Assembly: GCA_964588305.1 (NCBI GenBank)
Contig: CAZPOP010000001.1
Location: 56,736 to 120,735 of the forward strand
Direction of reading: 5' to 3'
DNA from: an uncultured Ignavibacteria bacterium
Lineage (GTDB): Bacteria > Zixibacteria > MSB-5A5 > SM1-73
Length of the DNA stretch: 64,000 nucleotides
Shown here: in pieces, positions 38,597 to 48,442 of the stretch
Layout: the number at the start of each line of letters is the position of its first letter
How positions within the stretch are numbered: the first letter of the stretch is position 1
Notes under the pieces: generated by a model
Seen by the model: the letters and a program-made list of their open reading frames with translations, nothing else
Databases searched by the model: none
Told to the model about the DNA's origin: nothing
Position numbers and translations under genes: made by a program

Positions 38597-39952
38597 CTAA
38601 AGGGTTTCACTTTCTATCGCCTCTTCCACTTTTCTTTTCGCCTCTTCCAATAATTCTTTCGCTTTTCTTCTTGCTTCATGAGATTGACGGACGAGTAAGG
38701 CGATTTCTTTCTGGATCTTATCAGGCATTATGGGAATTGTAATTCTCTTGAGAGACGCCTTCGGAACGGCAGTCAAAATCGTGCCTGCACATTGTTTTTT
38801 GAGTTGCGCTTGGAGAACTATACTTTTTGATAAAACCAATAACACCTCGGGAAGGATTTTTATATACCTGAACTGGAAAAAACCAGTAGAGGCTAAGGCT
38901 CCTTCATACGCTTGACCGACCAAGGCTACTTTCTCTAAAGAACCTTCCACGCTTGAAACTATTATGTCATTCTTTCTTAAAACCCTCCTCGCTCTGCTTG
39001 GGGCCTCTTCACCTTTTATCTCACTTACGCTGTTTACGACTCCAATAGAAGGGTCTATGTCAGCCAATTCGACATAAGAAAAGGTTTTATGGGGGTGTCT
39101 CATGGGATCAAAATCAGGCTTGATACTCTTAACATAATTTAACAACCACGAATGACCATTTTGATAATCCAATATGCATTTTATCACTTCTTCGTAAGCA
39201 GGCTGGAAATACTCAGCATCTGCACGATGAACTGCAAATGTTTTGGAAAGATTAGCAGTATAAGAAAGTTCGTATTTTGCCTTAAAATTGGTTAATCCTA
39301 ATTCTTCTAAAAGCAGGTTTTCAGCTTGCGAAAATAAATTACGCGAATCTTCAAGCAATATAGTGGCCTGTTTAGTTGTTTTCCCTATCTGCTCAGCATT
39401 CTTTATTTCGGGGATTAATAACTCTTCGATTTTTTCGATAAACAGATTCAATTGAACATTACCAGTTGACTCTCTGAATGCCTGGAATCTCCCGTATTTT
39501 GAATTGAGAAATGTCGATACATAAAATGGATCAAACTTCTTATTCTTTAACCGCACAATTCCAACATGCCTATCTGCATTAATTGGTAACATGCACGCTG
39601 AAACAACAGCAGTGTTGCCAATGGTGCCTACTGATGAAATAATTATGTCTCCGACACTTAATGAAGTTCTAAGATTTCTTTGGTGTTGCTCAGCAGAGAT
39701 GCGAGTATTTGCCGATAAGTCAAAATCATTATCTTGAACTGATTGAGCAGAGATTATTCTTATTTTGCTATTAGGATCATAGTCAATGGATGAATGAATC
39801 CCATCCGTGATTAAGGCAAAGCGTTTTAATGGTTTACTACTGATTTTGAGAAGTCTCTTTTCTAATTTTAGATATAATGGCTGATAATATTCAGCATCCA
39901 ACCTTTTGGTTCCTTTAAGATCAGATATATTAGATACACTTACCACAGCCAT
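38597..39952 (-). CDS. Restriction-modification specificity (S) subunit with two target-recognition domains
   Basis: 451 aa. Two TRD halves separated and terminated by conserved coiled-coil spacers (HsdS/BcgIB-like). Immediately downstream of a methylase gene. Confidence 0.75.
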   Translation of the reverse strand: MAVVSVSNISDLKGTKRLDAEYYQPLYLKLEKRLLKISSKPLKRFALITDGIHSSIDYDPNSKIRIISAQSVQDNDFDLSANTRISAEQHQRNLRTSLSVGDIIISSVGTIGNTAVVSACMLPINADRHVGIVRLKNKKFDPFYVSTFLNSKYGRFQAFRESTGNVQLNLFIEKIEELLIPEIKNAEQIGKTTKQATILLEDSRNLFSQAENLLLEELGLTNFKAKYELSYTANLSKTFAVHRADAEYFQPAYEEVIKCILDYQNGHSWLLNYVKSIKPDFDPMRHPHKTFSYVELADIDPSIGVVNSVSEIKGEEAPSRARRVLRKNDIIVSSVEGSLEKVALVGQAYEGALASTGFFQFRYIKILPEVLLVLSKSIVLQAQLKKQCAGTILTAVPKASLKRITIPIMPDKIQKEIALLVRQSHEARRKAKELLEEAKRKVEEAIESETL

Positions 39953-39955
39953 ATC

Positions 39956-42358
39956 TTAACCGCGCCAAAAATCGAAACTTTGCTCTTTGGCAAATTTAAC
40001 AAAAGCTTCTGCTATCTCATCCAAATCATGGTTTATTTCTGGGTGTTCATCTTTTCCGAGTACAAGCTCACCATTTGGGCCTTTTTTATATCTATATTCG
40101 CCACTCTCGTCTTTGACTGGTTTCTGATTTACAGCAAAGAATATAGGATAATCCATCTCTTTTATAACTTTGCCGTCAAGCCAGAATTTCTTGAACTGCT
40201 CGGTTATCTTTTCTTCATTCAAAACTAGATAAATTTGCCCTCCCAATACTCGCGCTGAGACTTCACGGCGAAGTTTTTTAAGTTTAATGTTTAAGATTTT
40301 GATTTCTTTGTTCAACTCTCTTTTTCTGTGATGTTGTGTGGTGCTGTCTAATTGTTTCTGTTTTTCTTCTAATATTTCTTGTAGTTCTTGTATCTCGTCA
40401 ATTACGGCCTTAATCGGCTTTGTCGCTTTTGTTTCCTTTTCTTCAGACTGTTCACCTTCTTCCGTCTCCTCTTCCTCCAATTCTTCTACAGTCCCAAAAT
40501 AAGTTTCAATGAAAGATTTTAGTTCCTCGGTGAGACCCTCTTCATTTGTGGGTTTAGCCCAGTTCACCCCCTTGTATTTGTCTTTCAGGTTTGCAATAAA
40601 ACCTTCCCATTCTCCCTCATACTTCGCTTTAGTTTCCTGAATTGTTTGCTTTTCTTTGTCTGTGTATTTCTGTAAGAATAAGACGCTGGTTTTTGTTCCA
40701 GTATGGGGTTTAAAGGAATTTCCATGCAAACCAACCACTGCTAAAATTCGAGCTTGGTCGATAACAAACCTACGAATATATTCAGCATTTGTGTTATTTA
40801 ATATGCCTTGGGGCAGAACGATAGCGATTCTACCGCCCTGTCGTATAAATTGGAGGCAGCGATTTAGAAAGAGAATATGTCTCCCTATTTTTTTCACTAA
40901 TTTACCATTTTTCTCAGCTAACTCATACAACCTTAAGATATCCTTTTCCTTGACAGTTCCCGCGAAAGGCGGATTAGTCATGAGAACATCAAAATCGAAG
41001 TATAGGAACTTGTCTTGATTTTCTCTGTCCTTTTCCGGCTCACCAAATCTGAAAAGTCTGGATCTCAATCCCGCCTTAGTTTCATCGTTCCAAGTTTGCG
41101 GTGCTAACGAGTTATCTTTGTACACATGAGATTTACCGTCTCCCACTATCAGATTAATAGCTTTTGCTATTTTTACTGCCTTTTTAGCAAAATCAATCCC
41201 CACAATATTGTTTTGGGCAAAATTCTTAGCGGCTGGCGGAAGCTCCTTGCCGGTAATAGCACCGCCAGCAACCCGCATAACAGAATGCAAAAGGAAACCA
41301 GCTGAGCCACATGCAGGGTCTATCACAAATTCGTCTGGCTTGGGATTGAGCATCTCCACAACCATATCTTCAACCGGTCTCGGTGTGAAGAATTGCCCTT
41401 CCTTTTTCTTAGATACTTGTGGAATTAGGTATTCAAACGCCTCATCAATTATTCGAAGATTTGAATTGAACAACTTTATCTTTTCCAGAAAGGAGACACA
41501 AACCTTTAAGTGTTCATCTCTGAGTTCTATTTTGTCTGTAGGTTCAAACACTCCGCTCCATTGTCTTTTTGCTCCTTCGAGTAGATTGCTTATCTCTCTT
41601 TTTATTTTCGCAGCACTTCTGTCACCTACATAAAATCCTAATTGGTAATTTTTGTCGTTTATTCCCTTTGTTTCATCATATAGTTTTGCATATATTAACT
41701 TAAAAATCTCTTCGAAGGGATCCACGCCAGCATTGCCTAGAACAAGTTCCTCGAGATCCAGGAGTATTTTCTTGAGTGTTGTTTTGCCTTGTCGCAATTC
41801 ATCATATTCCTCTAACCAACCTATGGTCCATCTTTCTGTGAGAATATCTATAAGTGTTTCTGTGACTCTTGGAATCCGTGGGATTTCTACAAAAATATTT
41901 GGCTTCTCGCGATGGAGCCGTATTATCTCATTCCCGTTAGACCATACTCCTATGGGGGCTCCCTCTGCGTTACAATAACTCTTCAGTTGTTCTAAACCGT
42001 CTGTTCTTTTTGGTCTTTTTACTTCGAATATTATATATGGATGTGTTAAGTCGTCATGTAAAACGAGAATATCGGCCAGTCCAGAATCCCGAGACCCAAA
42101 ATAAACTACTCTTTCAACGTCAATTCGATTCAGTGGGTAATGGTATTCGTGGAAAAGTCTTTTAATCCAAAGTTGCCTGACAATCTCTTCTGGTTTTGCC
42201 GGTTTATATTTATTTTTTACTTGACACTTGATAGCAAATTTTCCGTCCCTCTTTATTATTAGTCCCTCTATTTCCTTTATCTCTCTTGTAGTAAAAAGAG
42301 ACAAACCATGCTTAACATCAGGGGTGGAGAAAATCGTTTGGATCTTTCCGTTCGGCAT
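39956..42358 (-). CDS. N6-adenine DNA methyltransferase (gamma-class, HsdM/BcgIA-like) fused to an N-terminal PD-(D/E)xK nuclease-like domain
   Basis: FxGxG-type motif DPACGSAGFL, then NPPFAG. The N-terminal ~170 aa contain ADILVLHDD...IIFEVKRPK (D...E.K). The C-terminus is an acidic coiled-coil. The locus has no helicase/HsdR gene. Confidence 0.7.
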   Translation of the reverse strand: MPNGKIQTIFSTPDVKHGLSLFTTREIKEIEGLIIKRDGKFAIKCQVKNKYKPAKPEEIVRQLWIKRLFHEYHYPLNRIDVERVVYFGSRDSGLADILVLHDDLTHPYIIFEVKRPKRTDGLEQLKSYCNAEGAPIGVWSNGNEIIRLHREKPNIFVEIPRIPRVTETLIDILTERWTIGWLEEYDELRQGKTTLKKILLDLEELVLGNAGVDPFEEIFKLIYAKLYDETKGINDKNYQLGFYVGDRSAAKIKREISNLLEGAKRQWSGVFEPTDKIELRDEHLKVCVSFLEKIKLFNSNLRIIDEAFEYLIPQVSKKKEGQFFTPRPVEDMVVEMLNPKPDEFVIDPACGSAGFLLHSVMRVAGGAITGKELPPAAKNFAQNNIVGIDFAKKAVKIAKAINLIVGDGKSHVYKDNSLAPQTWNDETKAGLRSRLFRFGEPEKDRENQDKFLYFDFDVLMTNPPFAGTVKEKDILRLYELAEKNGKLVKKIGRHILFLNRCLQFIRQGGRIAIVLPQGILNNTNAEYIRRFVIDQARILAVVGLHGNSFKPHTGTKTSVLFLQKYTDKEKQTIQETKAKYEGEWEGFIANLKDKYKGVNWAKPTNEEGLTEELKSFIETYFGTVEELEEEETEEGEQSEEKETKATKPIKAVIDEIQELQEILEEKQKQLDSTTQHHRKRELNKEIKILNIKLKKLRREVSARVLGGQIYLVLNEEKITEQFKKFWLDGKVIKEMDYPIFFAVNQKPVKDESGEYRYKKGPNGELVLGKDEHPEINHDLDEIAEAFVKFAKEQSFDFWRG

Positions 42359-42411
42359 TTTTCACCCGATCAATCAATATTTTGATTAATTTGATTGTGC
42401 ATAATAAGTCT

Positions 42412-43164
42412 TTATCCAAAGAGAATCGAAGCCACCACGTAATCTGCTATGAGTATCAGAACCGATGCTACAACCACGGCCTTGGTAGCCGATCTTCCCA
42501 CGCCTTCCGCTCCCCCTGTGGTTCTAAATCCCTGATAACAGCCAATGATTGAGATTATGCCGCCGAAGACGAAGGCCTTCAAAAGTCCGGAGGTCAAATC
42601 CATCATTTTGAAAAAACTTTTTAAGCCATTGAAAAAGGTATACGGCGAGACGTGCAGGGAAACTGTCGATACCCCCAGTCCTCCCAGTATGGCGATGGCA
42701 TCCGCAAAGACGGTGAGTACCGGAAGCATAATCAACCCAGCCACGAATCGGGGTACCACCAGGTATTCCACCGGATCCAAGGCTAAAGTCTCCAGGGCAT
42801 CGATCTGTTCGGTTACTTTCATGGTACCCAATTCAGCCGCTATCGCAGCCCCTACCCTTCCCGCCACCACCAGAGCGGTCAACACCGGCGCCAGCTCGAT
42901 CATCACCGCCTTGCCTACAGCCGTACCTATATACCTCATGGGGACGTAATCCGATATTTGGTAGACTGCTTGAACCGCGGTTACGGCTCCGGTGAAAATG
43001 GAGACCAAAACAACCAGAGGAAGAGAATTTACGCCCATCACCAGCATCTGCTCGGTGGTGAGCCGGGACCTGGTGAAAACGCTGGGCAGACCCAGAAAGG
43101 TTCTTCTGATCAGTATTGCCAGTCCGCCCACGTTCTCAACAAACGAAAGGGCCTTCCTTCCCAC
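42412..43164 (-). CDS. mlaE: ABC transporter permease, MlaE family
   Basis: 250 aa polytopic protein. The N-terminus is VGGLAILIRRTFLGLPSVF...TTEQMLVMGVNSLPLV. Confidence 0.75.
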   Translation of the reverse strand: MGRKALSFVENVGGLAILIRRTFLGLPSVFTRSRLTTEQMLVMGVNSLPLVVLVSIFTGAVTAVQAVYQISDYVPMRYIGTAVGKAVMIELAPVLTALVVAGRVGAAIAAELGTMKVTEQIDALETLALDPVEYLVVPRFVAGLIMLPVLTVFADAIAILGGLGVSTVSLHVSPYTFFNGLKSFFKMMDLTSGLLKAFVFGGIISIIGCYQGFRTTGGAEGVGRSATKAVVVASVLILIADYVVASILFG

Positions 43165-43273
43165 GAAGGTGAAAGCGTTGTCTTGAGTGGTGAAAAGCCT
43201 CGTCTTATTCTCCTTTACAAGGTTTAAGGTGAAGGGTGTAAGGTTAAGTCCCCACCCTTCTCGCCTTTGCCTG

Positions 43274-43319
43274 GCTCACCTATTTATGGTGAGCTTATCG
43301 AACGGAAGGTGAACACTCC
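43274..43319. repeat. Hairpin GCTCACCtatttatGGTGAGC followed by GGTGAACACTCC motif
   Basis: Lies between mlaE start and dnaB stop. Shares the GGTGAACACTCC tail with the 21564 element. Confidence 0.4.
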
Positions 43320-43631
43320 GAATTCCTTCTCTCCCAGCAACGCGACGAATTTACCTGTCCACTCGTATAGGCATACAGTCGTGCCTACAAAGAAGGTTTC
43401 TGTTTTCATCGGTTAGCGGTGTAGGTTTAGATTCGCTTCACTCACTACAAGTCGACTACGTATCGTATCCCGTCTGTGGGTTTCGTCTACCGTATTTCGG
43501 TCGATAGACGTGTGACGAGGACTCTTCAGACGATACGTGACCGAGGCCGTAACCTCCCAAAACGAAAACCCAAGATGCAACAGTTATTTAATTGTCAAAG
43601 CAGCAGACACCTACTTAAACCTCTCGTCTTC

Positions 43632-45011
43632 TTAGAACGGTACTTCCTTATGGATAAACTCCATATTTTCAAACCTGGCGTAGTCCTTTATGAAGGTTAA
43701 TCTGAGGTCTCCGGTGGGACCGTTGCGGTGTTTGCTCACAATTATCTCGGCCACCCCTTCGGCCGGGGCTCCGTCTCTGAACTTTTCTATGCCGTAGAAT
43801 TCGGGGCGATAGACGAAAACCACCACGTCCGCATCCTGTTCGATGGCTCCGGATTCACGCAAATCGGCAAGCATGGGCCTTTTATCTCCGCCTCGATCCT
43901 CCACCTTTCTAGAAAGCTGTGACACCGCAATTACCGGAACTTCGAGCTCCTTGGCCAATCCCTTCAGTGATCGGGAGATCATGGAAATCTCCTGTTGTCT
44001 GGACTCCGATCTCTTGGGTCCCTGCATCAGTTGCAGGTAATCCACGATGACCAATCCCACGTTATGTTGAGCCTTGAGCCTTCTGGCTTTTGCCCGCATC
44101 TGGAGGATTCCCAGATTGGGGGTGTCGTCTATGAATATCTTGGACTCGGCCAAAGGCCCCACCGCCACTGCCAGGTTACTGTATTCATGGTCGCTGATTC
44201 TTCCGGTTCTCATCTTATGGGTGGAAAAGCGCGCCCGGCTGCACAGCATCCTCTGTGCCACCTGGCTTTTTGCCATCTCCAGGCTGAAAACTCCCACCGG
44301 GACTTTCTCTTCGATAGCTAAGTGCTCGGCAACGGATAAACAGAAGGCGGTTTTTCCCATGGAGGGACGGCTGGCCACCACGATGAGATCCGAATTTTGC
44401 AGTCCTCCGGTCAAGGTATCCAATTCGACGAAACCGGTGGGGAGCCCGGTGACCATCCCCCCTTTCTTCTGGTATTCCTCTATGGCTTCAAAAGTGTGCG
44501 GAAGAAGCTCGCCGACCGAGACAAATCCCTCCTTTATTCTTTTCTCGGAGATGCTGAAAATCACCTGTTCTGCCCGATCCAGAAGATCGTCCACCTCCAG
44601 GCTGGCGTCGTAACATTGCGAGACTATCTGGGTGGAGGTGTCGATCAACTTTCGCAGGGTGGCTTTTTCTAAGACGATGTTGGCATGATACTCTATGTTG
44701 GCGGTGGTGGCGATTCTTTCGGTCAACTCCAGAAGGTATACCCTCCCCCCCACGTTATCCAGTTCTTTTCTTCTGGCTAATTCATCCGAAACCGTGATGA
44801 TGTCTACCGGCTGGTTCTTATCATACAGATCCACCACAGCAGAGAATATCTTCTGATGGTCGTCCCGATAAAAGGAATCCTTCTCGATTATCTCCACCGC
44901 CTTTCCGATAGCTTCTTTATCCAGAAGCATTGCGCCCAAGACCGCCTGTTCTACTTCGACGGACTGCGGAGGGATTCTCTCATGTGGTGATGTGTCTTTT
45001 CGGTCTACCAT
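43632..45011 (-). CDS. dnaB: Replicative DNA helicase DnaB
   Basis: N-terminal domain (PPQSVEVEQAVLGAMLLD) and RecA-like domain with GSRPSMGKTAF Walker A. Confidence 0.9.
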   Translation of the reverse strand: MVDRKDTSPHERIPPQSVEVEQAVLGAMLLDKEAIGKAVEIIEKDSFYRDDHQKIFSAVVDLYDKNQPVDIITVSDELARRKELDNVGGRVYLLELTERIATTANIEYHANIVLEKATLRKLIDTSTQIVSQCYDASLEVDDLLDRAEQVIFSISEKRIKEGFVSVGELLPHTFEAIEEYQKKGGMVTGLPTGFVELDTLTGGLQNSDLIVVASRPSMGKTAFCLSVAEHLAIEEKVPVGVFSLEMAKSQVAQRMLCSRARFSTHKMRTGRISDHEYSNLAVAVGPLAESKIFIDDTPNLGILQMRAKARRLKAQHNVGLVIVDYLQLMQGPKRSESRQQEISMISRSLKGLAKELEVPVIAVSQLSRKVEDRGGDKRPMLADLRESGAIEQDADVVVFVYRPEFYGIEKFRDGAPAEGVAEIIVSKHRNGPTGDLRLTFIKDYARFENMEFIHKEVPF

Positions 45012-45041
45012 GTAGGCCTCATATCAATTGAGAATGACAAG

Positions 45042-46310
45042 CTAATTCAGGTTTGGGAAATGAAAGGCAATCACTGCTAGTTTGACCTCTCGACTTTCGT
45101 CACCTGGCAGGTGAAAACGAAAATTGAACCATGACTCTTCGGTTTTGCCGGAAAGATCGAGATAGTCCTCATGTTCTTTCGTACGGTTTTCTACAACTTC
45201 GAGCACTGACGAGAAACCTTTGTTTCGCACAAAGAGAATCACAGCTGCTTTCGAGTCTCGCCAAGTCAAATAACCTAGCAGTTGAGAAATTGCTTTCATA
45301 TATTCTTTTATGCCCTCCCAGAACTTGCATTCTGCCACAAAGACATTTTTGTTCTCATGACGGATCAAAATGTCAGTTTTTCCGCTCTTGTTGAATGTCT
45401 CACCAGTCGCCGCTCCTTCAAACCAGGGCCCAAGTTGCATAAGAAAATGATCCCGTAAAGCCTCTTCGTTCTTTTGATCATAGGTGGCCGGCAGGCGCTC
45501 TAAAGCTTTGCCAAAATCATAAATAATCTTAAGAATATCGTTGTAGACTTGGATGTCGAGGGTCGGCTCTGGTGAAAAACCCCCTGATTGCGTGCTGGGT
45601 TTCTTTATTAGTTGTCTCTTCGCTGGTGCAGCGGGAATCGCAAACGTCTCGGGAACATCCTTACGTTTCCGTACTGGAACACCGAGACTGGCCACGAAAT
45701 TCCTCTGTTTCAGGATGTTTTGTTTGCGCCCTTGGAATAGGTTGCTGACCAAGGTCCGGAGTTGCGAATTATAGGAGCTGACCTGTCCCGCTACGCTTGC
45801 GTGTTGCTGTTGAATCAGCCTTATTCTCTCATCGGCTTCCCTTTTTATTTTCTCCGCATCCCCATATAAGTCTGGAATCTTAAAGCAAATGCACCCTTCT
45901 TCTATCATTACCTCATAGGTCATCATAGCAAAGGCGCTTGGCCGACATCGCAGGAGATCAACGTCTCCGCTGAACGGCAAATGGTACTTTATGACCTGTC
46001 GTGGATGTGTGCCGCTTCTGTTAACGAAATGGACTTCTCGTGGAAAGCGCGCTTTAGGTATTTGCTCCTCAGCTGTCGTTACATACTTCCCGGCGAAGTC
46101 GATTTCTAGGTTGTCAACTCTGAATTCTTCTCTCAAATACTCGATATACTGGTTCTCGTTCACGTTCAAAATATAGTCCTCATCTTCCGATTTTATTTTT
46201 CCTCGGAGTCTTTCAGTGTTTGCATCTAAGTAGTCACTTAGTTGAATGTTCCAAAAGATACTGAAGCCTCCCGTATTCCTAAAGGACATGCTCCTCTCCC
46301 TCCCCTTCAC
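45042..46310 (-). CDS. Hypothetical protein with C-terminal PD-(D/E)xK nuclease-like core
   Basis: GKTDILIRHENKNVFVAECKFWEG is a canonical D-x(n)-E-x-K motif. The N-terminal ~300 aa is unrecognised. Single gene between dnaB and udg. Confidence 0.4.
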   Translation of the reverse strand: MKGRERSMSFRNTGGFSIFWNIQLSDYLDANTERLRGKIKSEDEDYILNVNENQYIEYLREEFRVDNLEIDFAGKYVTTAEEQIPKARFPREVHFVNRSGTHPRQVIKYHLPFSGDVDLLRCRPSAFAMMTYEVMIEEGCICFKIPDLYGDAEKIKREADERIRLIQQQHASVAGQVSSYNSQLRTLVSNLFQGRKQNILKQRNFVASLGVPVRKRKDVPETFAIPAAPAKRQLIKKPSTQSGGFSPEPTLDIQVYNDILKIIYDFGKALERLPATYDQKNEEALRDHFLMQLGPWFEGAATGETFNKSGKTDILIRHENKNVFVAECKFWEGIKEYMKAISQLLGYLTWRDSKAAVILFVRNKGFSSVLEVVENRTKEHEDYLDLSGKTEESWFNFRFHLPGDESREVKLAVIAFHFPNLN

Positions 46311-47014
46311 TGTGTGCCCAATCTCTCATACTGTCGTCTTAGCAGTTTCACATCCTCCCAGGTAGGCCTCTTGTACTGGGGGTATCTCAAGAGTGCCGCC
46401 GGGTGATAGGTAACCAGGAATTTCGTCCCGTGATAATCGTGAATCTTACCTCTCAATTGGCCCAAAGGAGCTTTTGTTTTCAGAAGTGCCTGCGCGGCTA
46501 TCCTTCCCAATGCGCATATTATCTTGGGTTGGATGATTCTGATCTGCTCCAACAGATGTGGCTCGCACATCTGGACCTCATCCGGCAAGGGATCCCGATT
46601 CTCCGGAGGACGGCATTTCAGGATATTGGCGATATAGACCTCGTTCCTGCTGAACTTTATCGCCGCCAAAATCTTGTCTAAGAGGTGTCCTGCTCTCCCT
46701 ACAAAAGGCTCTCCCTGCAAGTCCTCTTCTCTTCCCGGAGCCTCTCCTACGAACATGACTTCAGCATTCTGGTTTCCCGCTCCAAAAACGAGGTTGGTTC
46801 TGCTCTGGTGGAGATTGCATTTCTTACAGTCCTTTATCTCTTGATGGAGATCAATCAATGTCTTAACCGAGGTATTGAGTTTTTTCACACTTGATTTCCT
46901 GCCCCTTGGCTGGGCATAGACTTCATCGAACCCGAGCTCTACCTGTTGCTTCAAGAAGTTTCTTGCCAGGGCAACGGCCTGAAGCATTTTCTCGTAGCGA
47001 TCATCCGGTCTCAT
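46307..47014 (-). CDS. Uracil-DNA glycosylase, family 4 (Fe-S type)
   Basis: CKKCNL...GEAPGREED...GRAGHLL motifs. Confidence 0.85.
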   Translation of the reverse strand: MRPDDRYEKMLQAVALARNFLKQQVELGFDEVYAQPRGRKSSVKKLNTSVKTLIDLHQEIKDCKKCNLHQSRTNLVFGAGNQNAEVMFVGEAPGREEDLQGEPFVGRAGHLLDKILAAIKFSRNEVYIANILKCRPPENRDPLPDEVQMCEPHLLEQIRIIQPKIICALGRIAAQALLKTKAPLGQLRGKIHDYHGTKFLVTYHPAALLRYPQYKRPTWEDVKLLRRQYERLGTQ

Positions 47015-47059
47015 CTTTTTCGGATTTGAGGCGTAAGATTTCTGTAAAATCCTTACGGA

Positions 47060-48271
47060 TCAACTCCCTTTCTTTTTTCTTAGAAGCAGCTTAACTCTGT
47101 CTACTATCTTGGCTGCCACCTCTTTTTTGGAGAGCAAGGGAAGCTTCTCCGTTCTTCCACGTCTGTCAATCAGCGTGACCTGATTGGTAGCCACTTCGAA
47201 GCCTGCGCCGGAGACTTTGGGATTGTTGACCACGATCAGATCCAGATTTTTTTCGGCCATCTTCTTTTTTGCATTTTTTATATCGTCCTCAGTCTCAAGA
47301 GAGAAGCCGACTAGAATTTTGTCTTTTTTTCTCTTGCCCATTTCTTTCAAAATGTCTACAGTGGGCTTAAGTTTCAAGAGGATCTCCTGCTCTCCCTTTT
47401 TGATTTTCTCTTTTGAGATTAGGCTGGGAGAAAAATCGGAGACCGCCGCGGCCATGATCAAGGCATCCGCTCTTCTGAAAGCGGCTCTGACCGCACCAAG
47501 CATTTCTTTGGCGGTTTTAACCTGGACGAAACTCAAGCCGGAGGGACGGGGCAAGCTTGAAGGTCCGCTGATCAAGGTCACCTTTGCCCCTCTTTGAAAA
47601 GCCTCACAGGCTATGGCATATCCCATCTTTCCGCTGGAGCGGTTGGAGAGAAATCTTACCGGGTCCCAGGGTTCTTCGGTTCTGCTTGCGGTCACCAAAA
47701 TCGACCTTCCTTTAAGATCTTTTTCTCTGGTCAACAGCTCCACCGCCTCAGCCACGATGGTCTCTGGCTTGGCCAATCTTCCTTTCGCCACAATGCCGGA
47801 AGCCAACTCTCCCACCTCCGGTTCGATGAATTTGTATCCTAATTTCTCCAAATAGGAGAGATTTTCCTGGAAGATTGCATTCTCATACATGTTGACGTTC
47901 ATGGCCGGAGCGATTAAAACAGGTGCTTTGGAGGAGATGACGATGGTGGTGAGTATATCGTCCGCCATGCCCGATCTTATTTTGCCGACGACATTGGCTG
48001 TGGCCGGTGCGATCAGGATCAAATCGGCCCAGCCGGCTAAATCCACATGTCTTATCCCCACGAATCTTCTCTTGGGAAACATTTCGGTGACCACCTCGTT
48101 TTCCGAGAGGGTCTCTAAAGTTAAGGGGGTGATGAATTTCTTGGCATTCTCGGTCATCACCACCACAACCTCGGCGCCGAGCTTTTTCAATCTCCTGGTG
48201 ATGTCGCAGGCCTTGTAAGCGGCGATGCCGCCGGTGATTCCCAGGATTATTTTCTTGTTTTCAAGTGTCAT
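47060..48271 (-). CDS. coaBC: Bifunctional phosphopantothenoylcysteine decarboxylase / phosphopantothenate-cysteine ligase
   Basis: Flavoprotein N-domain (ILGITGGIAAYKA) plus DFP C-domain. ATG 48271 is preferred. The ORF extends to 48295. Confidence 0.9.
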   Translation of the reverse strand: MTLENKKIILGITGGIAAYKACDITRRLKKLGAEVVVVMTENAKKFITPLTLETLSENEVVTEMFPKRRFVGIRHVDLAGWADLILIAPATANVVGKIRSGMADDILTTIVISSKAPVLIAPAMNVNMYENAIFQENLSYLEKLGYKFIEPEVGELASGIVAKGRLAKPETIVAEAVELLTREKDLKGRSILVTASRTEEPWDPVRFLSNRSSGKMGYAIACEAFQRGAKVTLISGPSSLPRPSGLSFVQVKTAKEMLGAVRAAFRRADALIMAAAVSDFSPSLISKEKIKKGEQEILLKLKPTVDILKEMGKRKKDKILVGFSLETEDDIKNAKKKMAEKNLDLIVVNNPKVSGAGFEVATNQVTLIDRRGRTEKLPLLSKKEVAAKIVDRVKLLLRKKKGS

Positions 48272-48339
48272 TATCTTAAGAAAACCCCGAGGCATAAAGG
48301 CTCGGCTGCGCGATAATATGAGGAAAACATGATGACCGT

Positions 48340-48412
48340 GTCATTCTGAGCCCCGCCTCTGGCGGGACGAAGAATCTCAAAAGACGAGATGCTTCGCTTC
48401 GCTCAGCATGAC
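48340..48412. repeat. MITE/BIME-like element of the same family (GTCATTCTGAG...CTCAGCATGAC)
   Basis: Left unit has the CCCCGCCtctGGCGGG insert. Right unit is GAGATGCTTCgcttcGCTCAGCATGAC, with a compensatory T>G / A>C pair relative to the left unit. Confidence 0.65.
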
Positions 48413-48442
48413 GACTGCCTTTCGCTTCAGTGTTATTTATGA

